Of a stretch of DNA of 64,000 nucleotides, positions 53,600 through 64,000 are shown piece by piece (the stretch's first letter is position 1; every line of letters begins with the position of its first letter). Position numbers and translations under genes: made by a program. The stretch spans positions 16,890,268-16,954,267 of the forward strand of contig NC_057718.1 of the NCBI RefSeq assembly GCF_004010195.1. Reading direction: 5' to 3'. The DNA comes from Chiloscyllium plagiosum. Its lineage: Eukaryota. A model generated the notes under the pieces. The model worked only from the letters and a program-made list of their open reading frames with translations. It did not search any database and was not told the DNA's origin.

Positions 53600-55095
53600 G
53601 TTGTGGGCAAATTGGAGGTGATTATAAAAGAGTATTTACAGACATTTAGAGAGGCAAAAATTGATTAGGGATAGTCAGCATGGTTTTGTGCAAGGAAAAC
53701 AGCATCTCACAAACTTGGTTTGCGTTTTTTGAGGAAGTTACCTAAAAGATTGGCAGAGCAGCAAACGTTTATTTGGATTTTGGTAAAGCCTTTGACAAGG
53801 TGTGCATGGTAGACTAAATAGTAAAGGTAGGTTACATGGGATTCAGGGTGTGCTTGCCAATTGGATATATTATTATCTTAAAAGCAGGAGACAGAATAAT
53901 GGTGGAGTGTTGTATTTCAGACTGGAGACCTGTGACCAGTGGTGTTCCACAGGGATCGGTTCCGGATCCCCTCTTGTTTATCATTTGTATAAGCGATGTC
54001 GATGAGAATATCAAAGGCGTGATTAGTAAGTTTGCGGATGACGCCAAAATTGATGACATTGTAGACCATGAAGGTTTTCTAAGATTACAAAGGGATCTTG
54101 ATCAAATGGGTCAATGGGCTGAAAAATGGCAGATGGAGTTCAGTCTGGATAAATGTGAGGTATTGCATTTTGGTACAACAAACAAGGGTAGGGTTCATAC
54201 AATTAAGGTCGGGTGTTGGGTAGTGTTGTAGAACAGAGGAGCTAAGGAGTGCAGGTACATAATTCTTTGAAGTATGTGTCATATATAGACAAGAAAATGT
54301 GTTGTTGAAACAGCGCAGCAGGTCAGGCAGCATCCAGGGAACAGGAGAATCGACATTTCGGGCATAAGCCCTTCTTCAGGAACGTCGATTTTCCTGTTCC
54401 CTGGATGCTGCCTGACCTGCTGCGCTGTTCCAGCAACACATTTTCAGCTCTGATCTCCAGCATCTGCAGACCTCACTTTCTCCTCATATATAGACAAGGT
54501 GATTTAAAAAAAAGGTTTGGTATGCTTGCCTTCATTGCTCAGTCCTTTGAGTGTAAGAGTTGGGAAGTCATTTTGAGGTTGTCCAGGACATTGAGGCCTT
54601 TTCTGGAATACTGTGTACAGTTCTGGTCACCCAGTTATAGGAAGGATATTATCAAGTTGGAGAGGTTTCAGAAGAGATTTACCCGGAAGTTGCCAGCTAT
54701 GGAAGGTTTGAGTTATAAAGGCTGGAGCATGGGGGGGTTCACTGGAGCATGGGGGGGTTGACAGAAGGTTATAAAATGAGTGATATAGATGGAGTTAATG
54801 GTAGTTGTCTTTTCCAGTGCATGAGAAATTTCAAGCCTAGAGGGTACATTTTTAAGGTTAGTGGGGAGAGATTTTTAAAAAAAAAAGACAAGGCAATTTT
54901 ATTTAAAAGAGGGTGGATCACAGAACTCCCTGAGAAAGTGGTTGACGTGGTTACAATTATAGCGTTTAAAAGAAATTTGGATAGATACGTGAATGAGAGG
55001 TTTGTAGGGATATGGGCCAGGAGCAGGCAGGTGGGACCAGTTTAGCCTGGACTGATTTGAACCAAAGGGTCTGTTTCCACGCTGTATGACTCAAT
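53600..55095 (+). mobile_element. CR1 LINE 3' part, interrupted by a hammerhead-bearing insert
   Basis: ORF 53836..54231 (TSGVPQGS, KFADD), ORF 54405..54761 and 3' tail. Confidence 0.92.
54294..54483. mobile_element. Non-coding PLE-derived insert with about 63-bp inverted arms, a hammerhead (- strand, 54348-54382) and a 15-bp TSD
   Basis: TSD TCATATATAGACAAG at 54279-54293 and 54484-54498; minus strand reads TTC-CTGAAGA-A-GGGC(TTAT)GCCC-GAAATGTC-GATT. Confidence 0.88.
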
Positions 55096-55995
55096 ATAGC
55101 TTAGTCTATCAGTCCTGAGCCAGCATATCAATGATGCCTGTGTTGCCATCTCTACTCCACTGTCTTGTCGCCACCTGCACCAGACCCTTCAACATCAGAG
55201 TCACTTCTCTTGACACTGCGCCCACCTCGTCACTGTCACTGTGATGCCTTTCTGCCACTAGCGCCAGACCCAACCAACAACTAAATTGCCAGTCCTCAGG
55301 TGCCATCTTTCGTTGCTGGGCCCACCACGCTGCAGATTTTGATGGCAGGTTCCATGCTCTCACCCCAGAAAGTATGTAGGAGCTCACTCGCTACCTCGAA
55401 GTCCGTGCAGGGCCCGCCTGATACCGCCAGTGGTAAATAAACAGAAACATGTATGTAAGTAAAAGTTTTCTTTTTTAAAAAAAGGAAAAGAAAGAAAAGC
55501 AGGTGGACCGGTCAAGCCCTGGCACAGAAGCCTTGTTCCATGACCATTTAACTCAGTGTATTACCTCCCTGCACTTTCTCTGCTTCACTAGGGCCTCCGT
55601 AGATTTGCTCCCTTTGTGCCTGCTAAAAGCCCCTCTTTTCTGGTGTAGAGTAGCTGTCAAAGACTCCCAGTCAACTTCCTCCTCACTGTAGAACACTGTC
55701 CACATCTGGTGGGACAAAATACTCCCAGGGGTCATACTGTGTGGGACATTATAAAGTATGGTTCCATGAGAATGAGTGTGTCAGGTTGTTGCTTGACTAG
55801 TGTGTGGTACTGCTCTTGCATGTTAGTAAATGGGACTTTACAGGGTCAACAGGCTGGGTTGACCAGTGTTGCTTCTAGTGATAAGGTTGATGTTGGGCCA
55901 TCTACCTGGTTTCTTTCCTTTTTTTAAAAAAAAAAGCTTTATAGCAGTTTGCCATCAAGTGGAGGCCAAATCTTGAATGTATTTAAGACAGGTTA

Positions 55996-56212
55996 GCTCA
56001 GGTTGAGGTTCTGGATGTAGGTTTGCTCGTTGAGTTGGTAGGTACGGTTTCAGATGTTTCATCACCAAACTAAGTAACATCAGTGAGTCTCCAGATGAAG
56101 CACTGGTGGTATGGCCCGCTTTTTATTTGTTTATCCCTAAACACACACACAGCGGGCCATACCACCAAGTGCTTCATCCGGAGACTCACTGATGATGTTA
56201 CCAAGTATAGTG
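55996..56212. mobile_element. PLE-derived palindromic insert, family D, with two damaged hammerheads
   Basis: Inverted arms 56074-56120 / 56151-56201; combined motif CA-CTGATGA-T-GTTACC...GGTGAT-GAAACATC-TG. Confidence 0.65.
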
Positions 56213-56757
56213 GACAGTTAATCTTTGATAGGTTAGCAAGGAAAACACCACTAAGGTTATTTTGTTGACTTGATTGCCGAAGCACTAAATGGTTCAGGCT
56301 GGCAGCTGCATCCATCAGATTGATCACTACATGTTTACAATTGAGAATTTTTAGGGTGAACGATTTGGCTGCCTAATGGAAGGGGCCTCCTCTTCTCTCT
56401 AAAATAGGAGTGTATCCATCTTATTCGGAAAATGTGGTAATAAGAAATTAGATCATTCTTCATGTGTTGTGGGCAACCTAAATTTAATGATGGAAAACTT
56501 TTCACTTCCATGGCATATTCCATTGTCTCCATTTTATCCAGTTAAAGTACTGTACTTGTTAATAAAAATGCACAAAAACACTATCCTATCTAAATTGCAT
56601 TGGTGTGATTTTAGTAGCATATGTTACAGTGCTAACTTAATTTATTTTGTATAAAAAAACTACTTGGGACAAGGAACAACTTCTCAGCCCTTATTTATTG
56701 ATCAATTTTGTTTTTGCAGTTTATGCTTCTAATAAATTTTACTTATTCTTACAATAG

Positions 56758-56913
56758 GTATTTGGAATAGTAGATTCCCCCAATTACTCTGGCAGTGGTA
56801 TAACAAGGCCAGTCATTGCTGAACAAAAGATCAAGTGGCAGCCAAATTCTACTGAACAAGCAACTGATGCAAGAAATGGAGAACTTAGTAAAGAGCTTTT
56901 GAATGACTCAGAG
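56758..56913 (+). CDS. CEP170: CEP170 exon: VFGIVDSPNYSGSGITRPVIAE...NDSE
   Basis: cttattcttacaatag| acceptor, GAG|gtgagt donor, 156 nt, phase 0-0; continues the MID|VFG...RPVI motif after a 24.7 kb intron. Confidence 0.9.
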
Positions 56914-57229
56914 GTGAGTCATCTGAAGAAATATTGACAAAATTTGCATGAATACATTTGTCCCAAATCTTTCAAATATCAGAAGGATTTTTAAATACAA
57001 GGCCTAAAGTTCGTTCTTTGCCAGTTAAAACAAATTTTTGCTGCATTCCTGAATGATGGAACTTTCTTCAGTAAGCAGCCAAGCCACACAAACTGGGATG
57101 GTCACAGATATCTTCGCTGTATGTTACATTAGCTGATATAAGTTATGTAATGTTTTTGTAGTCAAGATTAATTTATATGAGAAAATTCTGCTGGTTGCAA
57201 TTCAGTGATCCTTACTAAGGTCCCATAAG

Positions 57230-57870
57230 CGATTAGCATGTAACATTAAAGGGCTTGAGACAGGGATAGTATACTGATATACTGGATAGAGAACTGGCTG
57301 ACAGACAGGAAATAAAGAAAATGAATAAACAAATCTTTTTTTCGAGTGACAAGTAGTGACTAGTGGGTACTACAGGGATCAGTACTTGGACCCTAGCTAT
57401 TCATAGTAAATATCAATGATATTGATGAGGAACTAAATGTAATATCTTCATGTAGCTGAAGATACAAAGTTTGGTGAGAGTGAGAGCTGTGAGGAGCATG
57501 TAGAAATGAATCAGTGAGATTTGGGCAAGTTGAGTGTATGAACATCTGCATGGTAGGTGAAGTATAAGGTGGATAAATGCAAGGTTATCTACTTTGATAG
57601 TAAAAACGAGAAGACATTATTTTGACAAGTTGGAAAAAGGGAAAGTACAGTGAGGACTGGGTGTACTTTTACAGCAGTTGCTGAAAATAACCATGCCAAA
57701 ACATTCACTGCTTTCCAAGGAGAAGTGCTCAGGGCTAAAGGACTTAAATTGTACAGGCAAATGTCAGAATGGGGCACTGAGTAGATTGATCAGCCATGAT
57801 AACATTAAATGGTGGAGCAAGCTTGAGGGTCCGAATGGCGCATGCCTCCTTTGATTTTCTATATCTATGG
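57230..57870 (+). mobile_element. Old CR1 remnant
   Basis: NWLTDRK, VTSG..QGSVLGP remnants and 3' tail. Confidence 0.7.
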
Positions 57871-58429
57871 TAGAAATGTGAATACAGTCAGTGACGTTTG
57901 GAATTGATTCAATTCCACTATCAAATTCTGCTTTATCACTGTTACCCTTGACCTCTCAATCTGCTTGTCCAGCATGGTGTTTTAAACAAGCCAAAGTTTC
58001 ATCTTCAGTCCCTGTCAGAAAGTCAATTTCTTAGTCACCAACTCCATCCCTCTCCTCTAAGCTGAAATAACTCTTTACTTCCAATCTGCTCTACCCACAT
58101 TTCTGATGAAGTACCAAGATGAACACTTGGTTGTACTTAAATGACCAACTCCACCATTGCCTAAGCTCATTCGCTGCCAAAATACTCTTGTTCTACCTTT
58201 GTTATCTCAAAACTTAACTATTCCAATGTTTTCATGGTTGCCCTCCATAAATTTATCCTCACATAGAAGCATTCAAGCTTTGGCTGATGATTCATTTCAA
58301 ATGGGCACTGACTGATTCAGTGTCTGAGATATTGCAAACATCTCTCAACACTCTGAAATCAGAGGACATCCATACATATGACCTTTTTTGTTGGAGGGAA
58401 GGTTAGTATTTCTTAAAATTCCTTATTGA

Positions 58430-59945
58430 ATATGAGTGTCACTGGCTGGGCCAGCATTTATTGCCCATCCCTAATTGCCCTTGAAGTTGGCAGTGAGTTG
58501 GCTTGCTGCAGGTAGACCCAAATTCCATTAGGCTTAGAGTCCCAAGATGTTGGCCCAGCAATAGTGAAGAAGCAGTGATACATTTCCAAGTCAGGTTGGT
58601 GAGTGGATTGCTGTGAAGCTTGTAAATAGTATTCCCATGTACTTGTTGTCCTTGAACTTCTAGATGGTTGCGATTGTGGGATTGAGAAATGCTGTCTAAG
58701 GAACTTTGGTGAATTTATAAGGTGCATTTTGTATATAGTAAACAATGCTACTGATTATTGGTATTGTAGCAATTGATGTTTGTGGATGTGGTTCCAATCA
58801 AGTTGGCTGCTTTATCCTGAATGGTGTCAAGCTTGAATGCGGTTAGAGCTGGACTCATCCAGGCAAATGGAAAGTATTCCATCATAATCCTGACTTGTGT
58901 CTTGTAAATGATGGACAGGCTTTAGAGAGACAGATGAGATGCTCACTATGGGATTCATAGTCTCTGACCTGCTGTTGTAACTACTGTATTTATACAGTTA
59001 GTCCAGTACAGTTTCTGGTTGATGGTAATGCTGCAGATGTTAATAGTGAGGGCTTAAGTGATGGTAATGTCATTGAATGTCAAGAGTCAAAGATTAGATT
59101 CTCTGTTGTCATTACCTACTACTTACGTGGCATGAATGTTACATGCATCTTATGAGATCAAACCTGGATATTGTCAACGTCTTGCTGCATTTGGGTATGG
59201 ACTGTTTTCATTCTTTAGAAGTCATGAATGGTGCTGAACTTTGTTCAGTCAACAGCACATGTTCCCACCTGAGACTGTGATGGAGGAAAGTCATCACTGA
59301 AGCAGCTGAAGATGATTGGACATAGGACACCACCCTGAGGACTTGGGGCTGTTGTGACACAGTGCAAGTTCTGTCTCTACCTCTGGTCCAGGAGGCCTAA
59401 GTTCAAGACACAGCTGCAAAGATTTGTCCTCATATCTCTGAACAGTTTGATTTAGAAAATATTTACTCTGAGGAACTCCTGCAGAGACTTCTTGAACAAT
59501 TGGCCTCCAGCAACAGCATCCATCTTTTTGTGTCAGGTATGACTCCCAAATAGCAAACTGTTTTCCCTGATTTCCATTGGCTCCAGTTTTGCTCAGCCTC
59601 CTTGATGTCAAGGCCAGTCACTCTCCTATCACCTTCGGCATTAGCTAATTTTTCCAAGTTTGAACAGAGGTCAGGAGCTGATTGGCCCTCAAACTCAAAC
59701 TGAGGAACAACTTGCAGATTATTGTTAAATACTAGTTGCTGGATAGTACTGTCGATAACAACTTCCACCACTAAATGATAATTGAGAATAGAGGTTGTAA
59801 CAGCAATAGTACCCAGTGCTTCCTGCAGTTTCTTGATATCACCTGGAATAATCAAATTGATTGATTGAAGTCTGGCATCTATGAAGCTGGGGGACATCTG
59901 GAAGAGAACGAGATGCAGTTCTGGCTGAAGATTGTTGCAAATGCT
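58430..59945 (-). mobile_element. Degraded non-LTR retrotransposon (CR1/L2 group), RT and 3' end
   Basis: Minus strand GHSA-like, LDIK and SAGVPQ motifs; 3' gggcaataaatgctggcccagcc. Confidence 0.6.
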
Positions 59946-60044
59946 TCAGCCTTATCTTAATGAAGCAGCTAATGATGGTGGAACCTAAGACACTACCAAC
60001 CAACTCATTGGGGTGTTTTGAAGCTGAGATTTATTGTTGCAAAA

Positions 60045-60700
60045 ATATATTTTATTCATAAAAATGTATTTATGTACATAGCAGTGACTACAGCAGTTTG
60101 ATACAGTTTTTGCTCATGAAGAACAAACAAAAGATTGGAATTTGGTGTTCTTTCTTGTACAGTAATATTTACATACATTTGAGGAGCCCCCATTATAATT
60201 CACCAGAAAGACCTTCAACAATGGTCTTTCCTCACTGCGCCTTGGCAGCAGCTGTCCAAAGGTTTAGTGCGTTCCTCAGCACATAGTCCTGGACCTTTGG
60301 TATTGCTAGTCTGCAACACTGGATTGAGGTAAACTCTTCGCACTGGAAGACCAGCACATTTCAGGCAGACCAAAGAGCAACTTTCACCAAGTTGGTCTTC
60401 TAGGTACAGTTGATATTTGTCTGTGTGCATGTCAGGGAACAGTTGTGGAGCATAAAGTTCTGAGTCACGGAGCTGCTAAGGCCAACTCTTAACAAAAACT
60501 ACTACATCTCTCCCTCTCTGAAGAGATGCAAAGGCACATTCCAGAAGGAGCATGTGAGTCTGTTTGTCAGCACAGCTGCTTCAAGGGCAACATGTGGTGG
60601 AGGAGATAATCCAGGCATATGTGAAGGATCTCACAGGTACTTCCCTTCTCACCACCAGCCAAGTGCCATCTTGATGCTTGTTAGAAAGTTCTGGCCATGA
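60045..60700 (-). mobile_element. Probable Tx1/L1-group 3' fragment
   Basis: Minus strand ..VQDYVLRNALNLWTAAAKAQ.GKTIV, then an AT-rich UTR with AATAAA. Confidence 0.45.
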
Positions 60701-60739
60701 AGCATTCTGTCAAATGCCATTGATTAGTCTGCTCAGGAA

Positions 60740-63012
60740 ACAGCCCAACTGGATTAGTCCTCTCCTCTATTTCCGCAGGATCTCAAGATTGCGGTGTTCT
60801 GACCACTGCCTGATGGATTTGTGGTCAATGCTGTGTTTCTTCTCCCGGCTTACAGGCGAAAGTTCAAGCAGGTGACCCCCTCGCAGATTCAGGTCCAGTG
60901 CTGGTCGGAGGAGGCAGAGAATAACTCCAGTGCTGTCTGGAATCAGCTGATTGGGACTGTTCAAACAGTCCACAGGTACCTTGGACGAGTACGCCACCAC
61001 CATCACAGACTTCATCAGTAAGTGTGTGGAGGACTGCATACAGAGGAAGTCAATCTGGATGTTCCCCAACAGGAAACTCTGGATGAATCAGGACATACAG
61101 AACGTGCTAAAAACCAGGTGTGAGGTCTTCAGATCAGGAGACCCACTCAAATATACAGAATCCAAGTATGACCTTCGCAGAGCCATTAGGACAGCCAAGG
61201 ACCAATACCGATCCAAAATAGAGACCCAGACAGACACCCGGTGACTATGGCAAGGACTGAGTGACATCACAGGTTCTGAAAAGAGACAGTGCAAGATAGC
61301 AGATGATGACACATACCTCCCAGATCATCTCAACTCCTTCTGTACTTGCTTTGTGCAGAAGCTATTCTGACAAATCCTGACTAACCTATCCCAACAGTCA
61401 CTGCATCAGAGGTCAGATCTGTTTTCCTTCGTGTGAATCCAAGGAAAGCGGTGGGACCAGGCGGAGTACCAGGCTGTGCACTCAGAGCATGCGCAGATTA
61501 ACTGGCAGAGGTCTTCTCTGACATCTTCAACATCTCCCTATAGCAGGTCACTGTCCCTGCCTGTTTCAAGAGGGCCAATATCATCCCTGTGCCTAAGAAG
61601 CCTCATGCAGCATGTGTCAACGACTACCGCCCAGTGGCCCTAACTTCGGTGGTTATGAAGTGCTTTTGAAAGGCTGGTCGTGGCATTAATCAACTCCAGC
61701 CTCCCCACTACTCTTGACCCACTCCAATTTGCCTATCGGACCGTAGATCCATGTCAGATGCCATATCACTTACCCTTCACTCCTCCTTAGAACATCTTCT
61801 GCCAAGAACAGCAACGTAAGAATCCTACTCATTGACTGCAGTTTAGCCTTGAGCACTATTATCCCCTCGAGACTGATTACTAAACTTGGGGATCTCAAAC
61901 TAAGCCCCACTCTTTGTAACTGGATCCTCAGTTTCCTGACCCACAGGCCACAATCATTGAAGAGTGGGGACAATATTTCATCGTCACTAACACTCAACAC
62001 TGGAGCCCCTCCCCCCAGCCCCTACTGTGCTCACTGTATACCCATGACTGCTTCGCTGAATACCAGGCTAATGCCATTTACAAGTTCGCTGATGACACCA
62101 CCATAGTTGACTGAATCTCAGATGGCGACAAAAGCGACCACAGACGGGAGGTGGAAAACCTGGAAAAATGGTGCACTGAGAACAAGCTAGCTCTCAATGC
62201 CAGCAAAACCAAGGAACTCATTATTGACTTTTGTTGGGATGTTATTCATGCCACCCTACACATTAAAAGGACAGAGCTGGAACAAGTGGAGAGTGTCAAT
62301 CTCCTGGGAGTGGTCGTCCACAACAAGCTTTCTTGGACTCTTCATGTAGATGCACTGGTTACAAAGGCCCAACAACGTTTCTTCTTCCTCAGGCAGCTGA
62401 GGAAATTTGGCATGATGGCAAATACCCTTGCCAACTTTTATAAATGCGCCATTGAGAGCATTCTGTCTGGATGTATCACTACCTAGTATGGCAACTATAC
62501 CATTCAAGATCGGAGAGTGGTGAACTTGACCTGCACAATCACAAAGGCCAACCTCCCATCTATAGAATCCATCTACCAAGCCCTCTGTCAAGGAAAGGCT
62601 GCCAGCATTCTCAAAGATCCATCCATCCTGGCAATGTTTTTCTACAACCTCTACCATCAGGGAGAAGGTACAGAACCCTGAACACACGCACCAGCCTGTT
62701 TCGAAACAGTTTCTACCCTACTGCTGTTAGAATACTGAATGGACTTACAAACTCCTAACATTCGCCTGTACCTGTATTTTTGTTTTCAAAAGAGAAAATG
62801 CTGGAAAATCTCAGCAGGCAGCATCTGTAAGGAGAGAATGGAGCTGACGTTTCGAGTCTAACTGACCCTTTATCAAAGCTTTTGTTTTGCTGCTGTCTAC
62901 CTATCAATTATTTATCTAAGCTATTTAACTATGTGATTTGCATGTATTGCTCGCAAGACAAAGCTTTTCACTGTCTCGGTACAAGTAACAAATTCAATTC
63001 CATTCAATTCAA
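60740..63012 (+). mobile_element. Rex1/Babar-type LINE, 5'-truncated, frameshifted
   Basis: [47 protein letters not shown]; (ATTCA)n tail. Confidence 0.88.
62787..62880 (-). mobile_element. Short PLE-derived insert with a U3-A8 hammerhead variant (62842-62880)
   Basis: Minus strand AGCT-TTGATAA-A-GGGTC(AGTTA)GACTC-GAAA-CG-TC-AGCT; TSD TTTTGTTTT at 62778 and 62880. Confidence 0.75.
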
Positions 63013-63929
63013 AAGTGTTTTCACTTGTCAAATATCTTCATGAGGGACAGGTAATATGGAAGCCTTGAACGACTTGGAGCGTTCCGTGGCAATGAGGCAA
63101 GGCTCATACTTCGCAACACTGGGGCCAAGTGGATGGAAGATAAATAATATTTGACAAACCTTTTGGAGTTTTTGAGCATATAACTAGCAGAATACATCTG
63201 GGTGGGGGTGTTGGTGTTAGTGAAATTAAAGGGATGTGTTATATTAGAATTTTCAGATGGCTTTTGATAAGGTCCCACGCAAGTTTGTAAACAAAGTTTA
63301 GAGCAGACAGGATTGAGAAGGCTGAGAGGTGTTGTTGGACTTTAAAGGGACTTGTGTATTTGTTCATGATTCATTGAAGTTAATGTGAAAGTGCAACAAC
63401 CAATTAAGCCAAATTGTAAGTTAGACGTTATTACAGGAGAATTTGAGTATATGTGCATAGGTGGCTTAGTGCAGTTGTATAGATCCTTGATGAGACAGCA
63501 TTTGGAACATTAAATCATCGACTTGCCATTGGTAGAGTGCAATGAAGGTCCACCAAACGAATTCATAGGATGGAGGGATTGTCCTATAAGAAATAATAGA
63601 ATATACTGGCTTTATATTCTCTGGAATTTAGAAGAATAACAGACAATGCATTCAAACATAAACTATAGAGGTGCCAAAAGGATGTTTTTTCTGGCTGGCA
63701 GATCAAGAGATTTGATAGGTTTTTGATCTGAAATATTGATCTGACTCAAATTTCTCTCAGCAGGTTTACTGGCTATTTGTTGGCTGTTTTCAGGATTTTC
63801 TATTTTTGTCAGTTTCTTGTGTCAAGTATAAAAAGTCATACTTGTGCATAAATAAACACTGAACAAAATTGGGAAAATAAACTGTGTTTAATGAAAATTT
63901 GGAGAAAACAAAATAGCTGGAGCTTTCTG

Positions 63930-64000
63930 GAGGAGCAAATTACTGCAGATGCCGGAATCTCTACTGAAAACAGCAAATGCTCGAGATCACAGCAGGTCAG
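63930..64000 (-). mobile_element. PLE-derived repeat cut by the window edge
   Basis: actgcagatgccggaatc..aaatgctcgag..cagcaggtcag, as in the other pLTR copies. Confidence 0.65.

Noticed and set aside
58103..58135. CTGATGAAG motif as a hammerhead
   Set aside because: No stem II or GAAA follows

Overview
Eukaryotic genomic DNA, almost certainly from a cartilaginous fish (shark): it carries HE1-type tRNA-derived SINEs and HER1/CR1 LINEs. The window holds eight internal + strand coding exons of CEP170, covering part of the FHA domain and the following disordered region (about 603 codons, spliced in frame). The first coding exon and the 3' exons lie outside the window. One intron is a U12-type AT-AC intron. 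The rest is intron, densely filled with nested retroelements: CR1, L1, Rex1/Babar, RTE, Penelope-like elements (PLE), SINEs and probable solo LTRs. Most notable signals: (1) about ten minimal type I hammerhead-ribozyme motifs in about five sequence families, carried on short non-coding PLE-derived inserts, some with inverted arms and target-site duplications and one with a compensatory U3-A8 core; (2) a 186-nt in-frame block inside a CEP170 exon that appears to match a mammalian retained intron (exitron) but has no GT donor here; (3) a SINE whose (ATCTA)n tail occupies the branch-point zone of a CEP170 acceptor. All homology calls come from pattern recognition and memory, not database searches.
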